Positions 42,011-51,940 of a stretch of DNA of 64,000 bases are shown here, in pieces. Location of the stretch: IMG/VR virus record IMGVR_UViG_3300020046_004224. The stretch is one strand, 5' to 3'. The stretch is from a virus. Taxonomy: Duplodnaviria; Caudoviricetes. The notes beneath the pieces were generated by a model that made no database searches, had not been told where the DNA came from, and was given only the letters and a program-made list of their open reading frames with translations. Both the position numbers and the translations under genes were made by a program. Within the stretch, counting starts at the first letter, position 1; each line of letters opens with the position of its first letter.

Positions 42011-42388
42011 TTAGAATCGAGCTTTTACGCTTTCTTCAAGGAGATGTGCGGCATTTTTTGCAATATCATCATATGGATCATTTCCTTTGACATTGCTGCG
42101 AATTTTGTTTGCAAGTCGAACACGTTCACCCGCATCCATAACTCTTTCATCTGTAATAGTCCAGTCATTAAACAGAAACATATGAGTGTGGAGCATTGTG
42201 GGACATTCGGTATTTTTAATACATTGAATCAATCCTTTTTTACCAGAACCGATAACAATCCATTTACCACTATGGTAATCGGGCTTGCCATTACTTTCGA
42301 GACGACTGAAAAATGCAGTGAATCCGAGAGGGATTCTCGAAAAGCGACCCTTAGAGTCTCTAAATGGTTTATATTTTTTAGTATTCAT
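42011..42388 (-). CDS. Hypothetical protein
   Basis: RDSKGRF motif. Confidence 0.55.
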   Translation of the reverse strand: MNTKKYKPFRDSKGRFSRIPLGFTAFFSRLESNGKPDYHSGKWIVIGSGKKGLIQCIKNTECPTMLHTHMFLFNDWTITDERVMDAGERVRLANKIRSNVKGNDPYDDIAKNAAHLLEESVKARF

Positions 42389-42902
42389 CTTTTTTTAGAA
42401 ATTCATCAATTAGATCATCTTCGAGTTTCTTTTGTTTCATATTCTTGAACATTGCTCGCTCTTCCCAAAAGTATGATGATAGTTTTTCTGCATAAGTCCG
42501 TCCTTTTTCAGTAATAGGCGCAACATTATGTAACCATATAGCTGTATAATCAGAAACTTGAACAGAACAAGTTGGATGAATCCATACAAATGCATTCTTC
42601 ATGCTTTGCGTCCATTCATGCGGAGGATATTTATTCAGAACTCTTAGTAATTTAGTATATATCGCCTTATCAATTTTTTCATCTTTGGTAAGAGTAGTGT
42701 CATCCGGTTCACAACGCGGCTCGGATAATTTGTATTTATAATCTACCGTTTCTACTGTTTTGACGGGTTGAGCTTTTTTGAAGAAATCTGTTAGAAGTTT
42801 GAACATAATTAGAATTAATTGAAATCTACCCGAACAGCATCGTCTTTTCGACTTTTTTTCAACACCGTGCCACCTCTTTCTGATCGGGTAGATTTCAATC
42901 AA
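42378..42902 (-). CDS. Hypothetical protein
   Basis: True start likely MFKLL. Confidence 0.5.
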   Translation of the reverse strand: MIEIYPIRKRWHGVEKKSKRRCCSGRFQLILIMFKLLTDFFKKAQPVKTVETVDYKYKLSEPRCEPDDTTLTKDEKIDKAIYTKLLRVLNKYPPHEWTQSMKNAFVWIHPTCSVQVSDYTAIWLHNVAPITEKGRTYAEKLSSYFWEERAMFKNMKQKKLEDDLIDEFLKKDEY

Positions 42903-42948
42903 CTCTCTATGTTACACTCTATCATATCATAGTCAAGGAGTTATTTCA

Positions 42949-43536
42949 TCAAAAGACCCTATCCTCAATTCCATAAAGATCAACATCGTCTATGACGGTA
43001 TAACGTCTATACGAACGATACAAAATACCATACAAAAATTCTACATTAGGTTTAACATATTCATTTCGCGACAAGTCATATCCATAATTGTCAGGAAGTT
43101 TATTAACAGTAGAAATAATACGTTTGATTGTATCTCCCGAACAAATAAAATCATCAACGATAATCAATCTATTGACCACTCCTCTGCCCACAGATAGCCC
43201 TTCCACGGTCTTATTTGCATGGGATGACTCTCCAGCTTTCCGAACGATTACAACGTCTAAATCAAGCTCATATGCAAGCACCGTGGCAAATGTGTTTCCG
43301 CTAATACCTGTGCTGATCAATCCAGTTGGGACAACACCAGTCTCTTTAGTCTTTTCTTGAATGAATTTCTTTGCATCTTGAATCATCTTTTTGAATTTTT
43401 GTTTGTCAAAAAGTTCCTCAGTATATGCAGATGCAACAATGTGTTTTTTGTTCATAAAGAATAGTTTTGGGTGAGGCATTATATATACATTATGAACAAC
43501 CGTTGTCAACACGAAAAAAGGCGAGATGTCTGACAT
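42949..43536 (-). CDS. Phosphoribosyltransferase (PRTase type I)
   Basis: PRPP loop LIIVDDFICSGDT; VIVRK..ESSH; true start likely MNKKH or MPHP. Confidence 0.8.
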   Translation of the reverse strand: MSDISPFFVLTTVVHNVYIMPHPKLFFMNKKHIVASAYTEELFDKQKFKKMIQDAKKFIQEKTKETGVVPTGLISTGISGNTFATVLAYELDLDVVIVRKAGESSHANKTVEGLSVGRGVVNRLIIVDDFICSGDTIKRIISTVNKLPDNYGYDLSRNEYVKPNVEFLYGILYRSYRRYTVIDDVDLYGIEDRVF

Positions 43537-43546
43537 CTCGCCTTTT
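43514..43546 (-). terminator. Intrinsic terminator after pspA
   Basis: AAAAGGCGAGATGTC-T-GACATCTCGCCTTTT, T-runs on both strands. Confidence 0.8.
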
Positions 43547-43569
43547 CTTTTTTATATTATTGTTCGGGG

Positions 43570-44286
43570 TTACTTGAGATACTTCGCAATATCCGCATCA
43601 CTCACGGCAGATTTGACAACATATTTCGTTTCAAGACTTGTCGATTCATTAACAAGTTCCTCCGAAACTTCCGCCAATGCTTTCGCTTGTTCCACATCAT
43701 CACGAAGTCGATCAATCGCAGACAATGCACTTCCTGTGTTATTCTTCAATACTGAGTTTACACTCGTTTGAAATTTCTTAATTTCCAATTCACTTTGGAG
43801 GAATGATTTATCCTGTTCCGCCTTTTCAAGCAGTGCATCGAATTCTTTAATTCGGATTTCTAGTTCATCTTCCTGCTTAGTAAGCCGTGCCGCATCCTTT
43901 ACATAATTTTCTGCACGTTCCACTGCTTTTTGCTTTTTCTCAAGTGCAAGCCGGACATCTTCCACATTCCCAGCACCACCCGCCAATTTTGCAAGTTCGT
44001 CGTATTTCTTAATATCAGAATTTGCTCGGGTTTCCTGTCCTTTTGCGGTTCGCACCTGAACAAGCAGTTTCTTTCGCAATTCGATCATTTCTTCTTTTTT
44101 ATTTTTAATATCCTGCAATGCAGCATGGGCATCTGCAACAGGATCGCGGAGATTTTCCGCTGCAAGATCGGTCTTTTGACGAAGACGATTAAAGATTGAT
44201 TTGACGATTCGGAAACCAGTGAAAAAGTCCAAAAGGACGATTAGTGCAAAGATTCCGATAATGAGTTCAGTGAGTAGTGTAATCAT
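43570..44286 (-). CDS. PspA/IM30 family protein with N-terminal transmembrane helix
   Basis: DP..D...AL...K pattern, A..AG..ED.R.AL..K, long coiled coil, LE.KY C-terminus. Confidence 0.7.
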   Translation of the reverse strand: MITLLTELIIGIFALIVLLDFFTGFRIVKSIFNRLRQKTDLAAENLRDPVADAHAALQDIKNKKEEMIELRKKLLVQVRTAKGQETRANSDIKKYDELAKLAGGAGNVEDVRLALEKKQKAVERAENYVKDAARLTKQEDELEIRIKEFDALLEKAEQDKSFLQSELEIKKFQTSVNSVLKNNTGSALSAIDRLRDDVEQAKALAEVSEELVNESTSLETKYVVKSAVSDADIAKYLK

Positions 44287-44333
44287 AGTTTATTTTATTT
44301 AGGGCTTTAAGTTAAGGTATGCAAGGTGGTTTG

Positions 44334-44573
44334 TCAAGGGGCAACATTCGGTTTTTCGAGGAATTCTTCTCGTAATTCCATTTCAACATAGTGGTTATTA
44401 TTGTCAAAATAAAATACAGTATAGTATGGACCGAAAATATGTTTGATGGTAACAAGCTGTTCTGAATTTTTAATTTTCACCTGTTCACCACTCGAATAAA
44501 TCGGCGGTGGTCCACATCCAACAAGTAGAAGAGCACAAATCAGGGCAATGCCGATAAAAGAAATATAATTCAT
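44334..44573 (-). CDS. Small lipoprotein
   Basis: Lipobox LLVGC; SG..VKI motif; tandem paralog of 44577-44816. Confidence 0.65.
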   Translation of the reverse strand: MNYISFIGIALICALLLVGCGPPPIYSSGEQVKIKNSEQLVTIKHIFGPYYTVFYFDNNNHYVEMELREEFLEKPNVAP

Positions 44574-44576
44574 AAA

Positions 44577-44816
44577 TTATTGGATTGGGTTATGTTGTGT
44601 TAAAAAACGTTGGCTGAGTATAATCTCATGAATCTGTCCAAAGTCATCTTCATAATAACAACTATAATATTCGAGGGAACTACGATATTGAATAGTGGCT
44701 ACAATTTCGGTATCCTGAATTTTAACTCGATCACCAGATTTAAATTTTCCCTCTGTTATAAAATAACACGAAGAAAGTGCGGCACATAAAACAATGCTCA
44801 ATAAGACTTTTTTCAT
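44577..44816 (-). CDS. Small lipoprotein
   Basis: Lipobox ALSSC; SGDRVKI motif. Confidence 0.65.
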   Translation of the reverse strand: MKKVLLSIVLCAALSSCYFITEGKFKSGDRVKIQDTEIVATIQYRSSLEYYSCYYEDDFGQIHEIILSQRFLTQHNPIQ

Positions 44817-44819
44817 AAT

Positions 44820-45392
44820 TTATAGAACAGAAACATTGTTGTGGTCAATCATTCGGAATGAATAGTAATGGACTAGACCAGAATTTTCATTCAAAATGTT
44901 CCCGATTTCGAGGATCGCCATTCCATCGACGTTTTCCTGCTTTCCTTCGGTGGGAAAATACAGAATAAGTTTACATTGAAGAGAACGCTCTGACAGAAGC
45001 TCACGCAAAGGATGTTCAGTGTATGAATCATGGAAAGTATTTCGTACTTCATATTTCACACCATTATCATCATCTGAAATATTATCAGAGAAATACCAAC
45101 TTCCGATAATAGGATCATCAGAGGATTGAAAAAGAAAATCTAATCCATTTTCTTTGATAGTTTTTCGAGAATCACCGAAAGGGAGCCGAGGTTCTTGTGT
45201 TAAGAGCAAGTGCGTTGCAAGTCCATTAACTACACAAGAAACTAATAGCTCAGTTCCATCGTTGTCGAAATATTCAAGCACAATTCCTGAATCTTCGATT
45301 TCTCCGGTTCTGACAACTTCCTTTGTCAATGTTTGCAATCCATTTTTAAACATGGAGATTGCATCATCAAATTCATACATTTTTTTACTCAT
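44820..45392 (-). CDS. Hypothetical protein
   Basis: 190 aa acidic ORF in the pspA cluster. Confidence 0.6.
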   Translation of the reverse strand: MSKKMYEFDDAISMFKNGLQTLTKEVVRTGEIEDSGIVLEYFDNDGTELLVSCVVNGLATHLLLTQEPRLPFGDSRKTIKENGLDFLFQSSDDPIIGSWYFSDNISDDDNGVKYEVRNTFHDSYTEHPLRELLSERSLQCKLILYFPTEGKQENVDGMAILEIGNILNENSGLVHYYSFRMIDHNNVSVL

Positions 45393-45395
45393 AAA

Positions 45396-45716
45396 TTATT
45401 CTTCTTTTTTGAAATAGATAGGACTGCGGAAATGAGGGAAGTTCGGGAATTCACGATAGAATTCATCAGCAAAGATGAGTAGTGCGATGAGTAGTGTGAC
45501 TGGCGGCAATATATAACACCATACTGCTGTAGCAAAATCATTATCCAATCCCGACAATTTTCCCACCACATAATACACAAAGGTTCCGAATAATACCCAT
45601 ATGCAAATAAAAAGCCAAAATGGATATGCACAGAGAAAATTCACCAACAATGCAACAAATGCAGAGACAATAATAGTTTTTTTCATAATATTACATCCGG
45701 GATGCAAAGACGGCAA
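45396..45716 (-). CDS. Membrane protein
   Basis: Hydrophobic segments. Confidence 0.55.
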   Translation of the reverse strand: MPSLHPGCNIMKKTIIVSAFVALLVNFLCAYPFWLFICIWVLFGTFVYYVVGKLSGLDNDFATAVWCYILPPVTLLIALLIFADEFYREFPNFPHFRSPIYFKKEE

Positions 45717-46386
45717 TCAGGGTAAAAGCGACAACCACACCAAAAGCCCACAGTAAAAAGGTTCCTACACCAGGACCGTCATCTTTTTCAGGAATAATCC
45801 TTGCATTCTGATTTACTGTTGCTGCCTGTTGCTGTGCTTGCACATAAACCGTTTGATCTTTTTGGAATGCTCCTGTTGCAATATCTGTAATTGCATCATA
45901 AATCATAAACTGACCTAGCCCGTTCATAAATCCATATCCACCTGCTTGCTGATTATATTCAATCGGCCTGCTCTGCCCGTTGTAGGTAGTTGTAGGAGGA
46001 ATGTATGCGGGCCGAGATGCTGGCGGTGTAGAAAACGTAGTTGGATATTTACTTGCATTGTTCTTTTTGAAATCTGCAATATATTCGTTTTTTGGCTTAG
46101 GTGGAGCAATTGAACGAGCCACCTGAGATTTATCAAATGCATTTTTTGGTGCAGGCGATTTTGACGGCACTGTTGCAGAGGGTTTTGAACTGCTTGAAAA
46201 TCCAGTCGAAGGTTTTGAGACACTTGGACTTGGAGTACTGCGACTGAATGAACTGCTGGATGATCGTCCAGAAGAGGAGGATGACGAACGACCTGATGAA
46301 AAGCCGCCTTTAGCGGTTAGATCAGAACAAGGCAGAAGTGCAAGGAGTGCAACTGCAAGGAAATTAATGAGGCTTTTTGTTTTCAT
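45691..46386 (-). CDS. Secreted/membrane protein with Gly-Ser-rich N-terminus
   Basis: Signal peptide, GGFSSGRSSSSS tract, C-terminal TM helix. Confidence 0.7.
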   Translation of the reverse strand: MKTKSLINFLAVALLALLPCSDLTAKGGFSSGRSSSSSSGRSSSSSFSRSTPSPSVSKPSTGFSSSSKPSATVPSKSPAPKNAFDKSQVARSIAPPKPKNEYIADFKKNNASKYPTTFSTPPASRPAYIPPTTTYNGQSRPIEYNQQAGGYGFMNGLGQFMIYDAITDIATGAFQKDQTVYVQAQQQAATVNQNARIIPEKDDGPGVGTFLLWAFGVVVAFTLIAVFASRM

Positions 46387-46423
46387 TTTATGTTTGTTTT
46401 GTTTTATGTTTCTATCAGAGGAC

Positions 46424-46726
46424 TCAATCTATAACACTATCGACATTAGTCAACACAAATTCAGGGGGATTTATAGGACCATACCAATAATCTGTAAACT
46501 CTTCCAAGGATTTATTGGCCCATTTATCACGTTGCATAGAATCATTAGGATAATTTAATGCAGCATAATTTACCATGTTCCGTTTGCGCTCAGACGGCGA
46601 TTCGTACATGGTTTTTAAAAATTGTAAACTATAAATATTCAGTTCAACAATTTTCGCCTTTGAAGATTTACCTTCCTTTTTCCAATATGATCCTTCGATC
46701 TCTGGTAATTTTGTAGTCCAGTTCAT
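46424..46726 (-). CDS. Hypothetical protein
   Basis: WTTKLP..EG.YW and WYGPI.PP motifs. Confidence 0.55.
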   Translation of the reverse strand: MNWTTKLPEIEGSYWKKEGKSSKAKIVELNIYSLQFLKTMYESPSERKRNMVNYAALNYPNDSMQRDKWANKSLEEFTDYWYGPINPPEFVLTNVDSVID

Positions 46727-47037
46727 TCAGGGATTTCCTCTCCAGTATCTTTGCGAAAAGTCCAACCACCAAACCAACAACGTGCATAAACAATACCTTT
46801 ATCTGTTTCAATACGATAAAACTTTGCATCCTTAACAGGAAAAAACGGTCCATTCAAAAAGAAGGTCTGTTCTATTTTATCAACCTTATAACCGCGTTGT
46901 TCAATTTCATTAATACAATTATCATTATAATGTTTCTCGCATGTTGATACACATGTACCAACCAAAAATGTAAACACAAATATTAACAACATTGTGATGA
47001 CATCATTTAATCTAAACAATGATTTAGAGTTTGCCAT
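46723..47037 (-). CDS. Membrane-anchored protein
   Basis: N-terminal TM helix. Confidence 0.55.
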   Translation of the reverse strand: MANSKSLFRLNDVITMLLIFVFTFLVGTCVSTCEKHYNDNCINEIEQRGYKVDKIEQTFFLNGPFFPVKDAKFYRIETDKGIVYARCWFGGWTFRKDTGEEIPE

Positions 47038-47716
47038 ATTTTTCTAAAAGTTTATCCAGTTTATTATGGAGTTTAATGTTTTCATCCAAAAGTTTATCAA
47101 TGCGATCATCATTAATAAATTTTGAAACAATAAAACCGGTAAAGCTGGCATATAATCCAACTCCACCAATCATCACAAAACCTGCAAAGAATCGCCCCAT
47201 ATCAGAAACAGGAAATCTATCTCCGTAGCCGATAGTTGTAATTGTCGCCATTGCCCACCAGATCGAATCAGAAAGATTCTTGATGTTAGCACCTTCGACA
47301 TGCTTTTCACAATTGAAAACTCCGATTGTTGCGAATGCAATAAATGCAATGGAAATTATACAAACATCGAAAAATTTACTCGTTTTCGTGCAGGTATGAA
47401 AATAATCATGAATATATTTTACAGCTTTCAATGCGCGGAAGAATCTAATAACAGTGTGGTACTGAATCCATATTGCATTTGTAAACGGAATGCACAGAAG
47501 TAAATCAACCCATCCCCATTTCAAATATTTTGAACTAAATTTTTGTGTGCGCCACTTATCAACCCAGTCGGAAATATAAAAAATACAAACAAATGTATCA
47601 AATTGATTCAACCAGGAATACGTATCAGGCGAAAGCTTATAGAATGTCTGCCATCCAATTGAAAAAAACAAAAGGAATGAAAGAAAACAACAAAATTTAG
47701 AAAGAGGAGTTGTCAT
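47024..47716 (-). CDS. Potassium channel (6TM/ion transport family)
   Basis: Selectivity filter WWAMATITTIGYGD; S4-like RFFRALK. Confidence 0.9.
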   Translation of the reverse strand: MTTPLSKFCCFLSFLLFFSIGWQTFYKLSPDTYSWLNQFDTFVCIFYISDWVDKWRTQKFSSKYLKWGWVDLLLCIPFTNAIWIQYHTVIRFFRALKAVKYIHDYFHTCTKTSKFFDVCIISIAFIAFATIGVFNCEKHVEGANIKNLSDSIWWAMATITTIGYGDRFPVSDMGRFFAGFVMIGGVGLYASFTGFIVSKFINDDRIDKLLDENIKLHNKLDKLLEKYGKL

Positions 47717-47729
47717 ATATTATTGCCAG

Positions 47730-48167
47730 TCAATTTTTATAGTTCCAATACCTATACACATCATCTCCGAATGAGTAATAAAAAATTCTATCTTTCAAGT
47801 CTGCTCTAAATGTATTGAATTTTTTATCTATGAAATTTTTGTCATAGTTATGACGGTATTCAGTTCTAAGCACTATCTCATTTTTTTCATCAAGTGTGTG
47901 GTCAAATATGAAAAATTTTGTCGTATAATAAGAATTTTGATATTTGCCGATACGTTCATGATATTCGGGTTCTTCTACATCGACAATTGAAATTGTCGAA
48001 ATTTTTGAATCTTTATAAAAGTTTTTATATAGTATATTATCCGCATATGGTGCGATAATTATCAGGACTCCAAAAAACAACGGAATCGTTATACATGCAA
48101 CAATTACACCACAACCGATAATGTTGTGTTTTACACCGTGCCATTTATACATGAATGAGTTTTTCAT
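47730..48167 (-). CDS. Membrane-anchored hypothetical protein
   Basis: N-terminal TM helix. Confidence 0.55.
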   Translation of the reverse strand: MKNSFMYKWHGVKHNIIGCGVIVACITIPLFFGVLIIIAPYADNILYKNFYKDSKISTISIVDVEEPEYHERIGKYQNSYYTTKFFIFDHTLDEKNEIVLRTEYRHNYDKNFIDKKFNTFRADLKDRIFYYSFGDDVYRYWNYKN

Positions 48168-48173
48168 ATTTTA

Positions 48174-48842
48174 TTAGTTTTTAGATTCTGAGACAGATAT
48201 ACGGTTTTCATACTCTGTCAAGAAATAGTTGATCAAACTTTCAGGAACGCCTTTCTTTTTACATGCATCTTCAAACGTCTTACGGGTTTTATAATGATTT
48301 GACAGCGAAGCGCCATAATAACTATTCGTGGTAGTTAGTGCTTTGTCGCCTTTTTCAGATGCATTGTTTACGCCAAACATAGGACGTTCCGCTTCCACAT
48401 CTGTAAAGAATAATCCAAACCAAGGACGAATACAAACCCATTCATGTCCTTTGTACCCGTAATGACCCCTACATTCGATGGAGAACTTTCCATTTGGATA
48501 TTTGAGAGGTTTTACTTCCGTAGATACCTTGTATTCTATATTATTAACTTCGTCAAGGTTAGCCCAAAACCGAATACTAGCCTTACCCTTAACGGGAGTG
48601 TATCGAAATGTTACAGAGGAAAAGTCTTTGGCACCTGCTCGGATATAAATCCGTTCAACTGTAAGTTTTGAGTCCTTTGGAATGGTATGTGTGAAACGAA
48701 CTGCCCCTTTTCCGTAATAACCCTCGTAGTGTTTATTTAAAAATTTATAAAAACTCTTGTTCCTTATCTCTGGATAAATCGTAACAGTCCACGGCGATGT
48801 TAATACTAATGGAGTCCCAAGTTCAGGAATAAAGAGTTTCAT
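48174..48842 (-). CDS. Conserved phage hypothetical protein
   Basis: LFIPELGT...L...W and RIYIR.G..DFSSVTF...RFW..L motifs. Confidence 0.6.
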   Translation of the reverse strand: MKLFIPELGTPLVLTSPWTVTIYPEIRNKSFYKFLNKHYEGYYGKGAVRFTHTIPKDSKLTVERIYIRAGAKDFSSVTFRYTPVKGKASIRFWANLDEVNNIEYKVSTEVKPLKYPNGKFSIECRGHYGYKGHEWVCIRPWFGLFFTDVEAERPMFGVNNASEKGDKALTTTNSYYGASLSNHYKTRKTFEDACKKKGVPESLINYFLTEYENRISVSESKN

Positions 48843-48877
48843 AAAAATTTCCGATAAGATTATTTTGGTTTAATTAG

Positions 48878-49237
48878 TTATAGTACTTCTTTTGCAAGTT
48901 CATCAAGTCGTTTCATTCCGCCGATTTCTGCAAATCGTTCATCGGAAAAATCACCATATTCGACAACTTTATTTACGAGTTCCGATATTACCATCTTGGC
49001 GGCATCCCTGCCCGATTTCAACGATGTATAGAAATAGTAAATCTCAAATGCATCATAAACAATACCGAGTAGTTTTAGAACTCTATCATATTTTGAGATA
49101 TAATTACCTGTACCACATGCTAACATTTGAAAATGTGTTCTATCGCCTTCTGGCAACATGCTTTTTGCATATTTGTTCCAAAATTCAGTAAATGCTTCTC
49201 GGGTTTTAAATTCGATGCAAAATGTTTCTGTTCTCAT
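48878..49237 (-). CDS. Hypothetical protein
   Basis: ORF in run. Confidence 0.55.
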   Translation of the reverse strand: MRTETFCIEFKTREAFTEFWNKYAKSMLPEGDRTHFQMLACGTGNYISKYDRVLKLLGIVYDAFEIYYFYTSLKSGRDAAKMVISELVNKVVEYGDFSDERFAEIGGMKRLDELAKEVL

Positions 49238-49488
49238 TATTTTATTCCTTTGAGTAATTCATTATCTTCTGGTGAGGATGCTAATCCAAGGGATTCGCTC
49301 TTTCCATATACACCTGATTGATTAATAAATCCAGCGGAAACTGGTGTTCGTGTCAATCTTTTCCAATTTCCCCAGGACTTGTCACGCATTCTTTCGATAT
49401 TTTCTGCCATGACATCATGGTTAACGGTTTCTGGAAAAATGAAAATTTCTCGAAGATTATCTGCATCAACTGTCACGATATACTTCAT
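49237..49488 (-). CDS. Conserved phage hypothetical protein
   Basis: MKYIV...IFIFP..V.H...PVSAGF...YG.SESLGL.S motifs. Confidence 0.6.
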   Translation of the reverse strand: MKYIVTVDADNLREIFIFPETVNHDVMAENIERMRDKSWGNWKRLTRTPVSAGFINQSGVYGKSESLGLASSPEDNELLKGIK

Positions 49489-49748
49489 AAATTATGCACT
49501 TCCGTATCGAAAGGATTTCCATCCATCACGAGATTTAATAAAGCCGAGTTCAGCTAGAAGGTTAACATCCTCTTCTGAAATGTCAATATCGTCGTATCCA
49601 CAAATCCACAATTCCACAATTCATCGTGTTCACAATGAGTGGGATAATGAACATCTTTGTATTTCAGAAAGATGTTTAGTGCTTTAATCAAATTACTCAT
49701 TTTAGGATGTCTAGTTGAATATTTCTTGTAAAATATTTCTTTGAAAAT

Positions 49749-49824
49749 TGGCGTCCCCTGATGGAATCAAACCACCGTCTGAAAATTTCACAACTTTCTG
49801 TCCTAATCACTAGACGAAGGGGAC
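49749..49824 (-). tRNA. tRNA-like RNA with a tRNA-Glu-type body and an 8-nt anticodon loop (atypical or pseudo)
   Basis: GTCCCCTTCGTCTAG...AGGAC...AGGGGACGCCA; arm GAAAG-TTGTGAAA-TTTTC; T loop TTTGATT. Confidence 0.7.
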
Positions 49825-49930
49825 TTTTGTTTATTCTTTACTCATGTAACTGTCGTAGAACTCTATCATTTCTTTCAGTTTAGTCAAGCTGAAATATGCA
49901 TCACCGATCTTAATTTCTGTCGGAACTTAA

Positions 49931-50401
49931 TTAGAAACCCAAAAGCATCTCTACTAAACTCCTCCGGTATTTTGTGGTTGGGCCATTTATGGTATGTTTC
50001 ATTCTTTCATGTCTCTGTTCCGCCTTTTGATTAGATTCTTTTAGAATTGAATCTGGCGGACTATTAATATCATTTCTTCCATTTAGAATTGCATCAACAG
50101 ACCATTTAATGTGTGGATATGAATAACAATTTTCATTATCAATCATATTTTCATCCAAATACATCAGCACTTCTGGGGAAATATGACGTATGTCAAATTC
50201 CTCATCGTCTTCCAGAATAAGAATATCATCTCTGTTACTAATAAGGTTGGGGGAAATTAAAATACTATAATCATCTTCTCCAGTATCTTCCTCTTCCTCC
50301 ACTCCAGGATTAGTACAATGAAATTCTATTTCATATTGCGGTTCTCTGTTGACCAGTATCAAATCGGCATCAAAATATCCAGCAGGTGTTTTCAATTTCA
50401 T
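49931..50401 (-). CDS. Acidic hypothetical protein
   Basis: 156 aa; own promoter TTGTCT-N16-TATAAT at 50434-50461. Confidence 0.6.
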   Translation of the reverse strand: MKLKTPAGYFDADLILVNREPQYEIEFHCTNPGVEEEEDTGEDDYSILISPNLISNRDDILILEDDEEFDIRHISPEVLMYLDENMIDNENCYSYPHIKWSVDAILNGRNDINSPPDSILKESNQKAEQRHERMKHTINGPTTKYRRSLVEMLLGF

Positions 50402-50465
50402 AATTTATTCTTTATGTTGTTCGTAACAGGATTATTATACATCAACTACCAACTAAGACAAGTCA

Positions 50466-50635
50466 TTTCTTCAAAGGTTATACACATCTTACACATGATT
50501 ATCCGATTTCAGAGAGACTTGTGTCTCTGAAAAATTGAGGATAATTCTCTTTATGAAATAATCAACGATTTATATGACGATGCATCACAATCTCCTATTT
50601 CGATTCTGTAAAAATATGTATAACTTTTGAAGAAA
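50466..50635 (-). ncRNA. Retron-like msr-msd ncRNA copy 2 (downstream of RT)
   Basis: ~28-bp terminal inverted repeat (50466-50493 / 50607-50635), candidate branch G at 50606, msr hairpin 50555-50601, msd hairpin 50498-50545. Confidence 0.75.
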
Positions 50636-50636
50636 A

Positions 50637-51920
50637 TTAACAATAAGATACAGAGTAGCCTTTTTTACCTTCTGCGTCGATACTTTCTCTTGCTCGTAGA
50701 TTATCCATATAAGGTTTCCCGATACAATGTTTCATTTTAACATGACCCTTGACAAACTCGCCCCGAGCACATCGATGAATTGGAAGTATTCCATAAGTTT
50801 GTAATTCTTGCATCAATTTTTCAATTGCAAAATTAGACTCTCCGTATAATCTATCGTAATATGTTTTTCCTGATGTCGTTGTATGGATCAACGTACGCGC
50901 TTTAAATGTCGGACGAGTGAATCCGTACTCTGTCTTCTCTGCACCCGATAGCAAGCCTGCAATGCGTGTTCCTGGGAGATATACCCAAAATGCGGCATGA
51001 CGATGGTATTCACCATAAGGATGATACATACATGAGCGCCAATTTGTTGCCCAATTCGACAATCCAAGAATCTGAACTGGATCACCTGAAATAATAACAT
51101 TTTCTGAAATCTTTTCTGAAATCTTTTCAGGAACGACACGAACAAGGATTCGACGAATTTCCCACCCTTTACATAGTTCATTCATCTTTCCCTGATCAAT
51201 TTTATTTGATTTGTCGGATGGTTCTTTGAGCTTTGTCCACTCCGTCAATCCACGAATTGAGTTTCTATTCTTTTGATGAATTGCTGCACGCAGTTTTCTC
51301 CGAACACTTCTAGTTGGTTTAATTTCGGTTTCACCAACAGAAACACCTGTGATGATTCTATTTCCAAACCGTGCATCTTGTAGCCAAGTTTTTGATTTAT
51401 TCAAAATAAATCCACATCGTCCTACAATCTGAGGGATAGCCAGTTTCAGGAATTTTTCATTTTCAAAATCATTGAAGGAGAAACATAGATCATCGGCATA
51501 ACGAGTGAACACAATTCCTTTATCTTTAATCTTCTTTTTGATTGCCACATCCATGTCAATTGCAGCAATATTTGCAATGATCGGAGAGGTAGGCAATCCT
51601 TGATATGCTCTACCATCGGGCATAAGCGCAGAGATTTGTTCCTCTGTAATCTTACCTTTCAGTTGAGAAGGTTTAACGGTGTCAAAGAAATTCGATAGAT
51701 CGAACTTCAAGGTGTACTTATAACCAATATGCATTTTTGCATTGGTTACAGGACTTTTTTTATTTAAAAATCCATGAACGATTTCTTTATCACATACCAA
51801 TCCAGCCTTTGTATTAAGTGCTGGTAGATGTATTCTAAATGCTCGTTTTTCTGCATCAGTCGGAATACAGATTTCTCGGAATTCTCCTTTTTTCTTTTTT
51901 GGAATTTTAACAAGATTCAT
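50637..51920 (-). CDS. Retron-type reverse transcriptase fused to an uncharacterised C-terminal domain
   Basis: IPKK.G..R.I, HGF, NAKMH (retron NAxxH), DLSNFF, QGLPTSP, RYADDL, ITG (region Y); ~190 aa C-terminal extension with SCM/DRLYG/PYMD. Confidence 0.9.
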   Translation of the reverse strand: MNLVKIPKKKKGEFREICIPTDAEKRAFRIHLPALNTKAGLVCDKEIVHGFLNKKSPVTNAKMHIGYKYTLKFDLSNFFDTVKPSQLKGKITEEQISALMPDGRAYQGLPTSPIIANIAAIDMDVAIKKKIKDKGIVFTRYADDLCFSFNDFENEKFLKLAIPQIVGRCGFILNKSKTWLQDARFGNRIITGVSVGETEIKPTRSVRRKLRAAIHQKNRNSIRGLTEWTKLKEPSDKSNKIDQGKMNELCKGWEIRRILVRVVPEKISEKISENVIISGDPVQILGLSNWATNWRSCMYHPYGEYHRHAAFWVYLPGTRIAGLLSGAEKTEYGFTRPTFKARTLIHTTTSGKTYYDRLYGESNFAIEKLMQELQTYGILPIHRCARGEFVKGHVKMKHCIGKPYMDNLRARESIDAEGKKGYSVSYC

Positions 51921-51940
51921 ATATTAAAACCAACCTTTAA

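Noticed and set aside
50637-51920. RT as a group II intron, DGR or CRISPR-associated RT
   Set aside because: No interrupted host gene or intron domain V, no TR/VR pair, no cas1 or array seen; NAxxH, ITG and the flanking a1/a2 structures fit a retron
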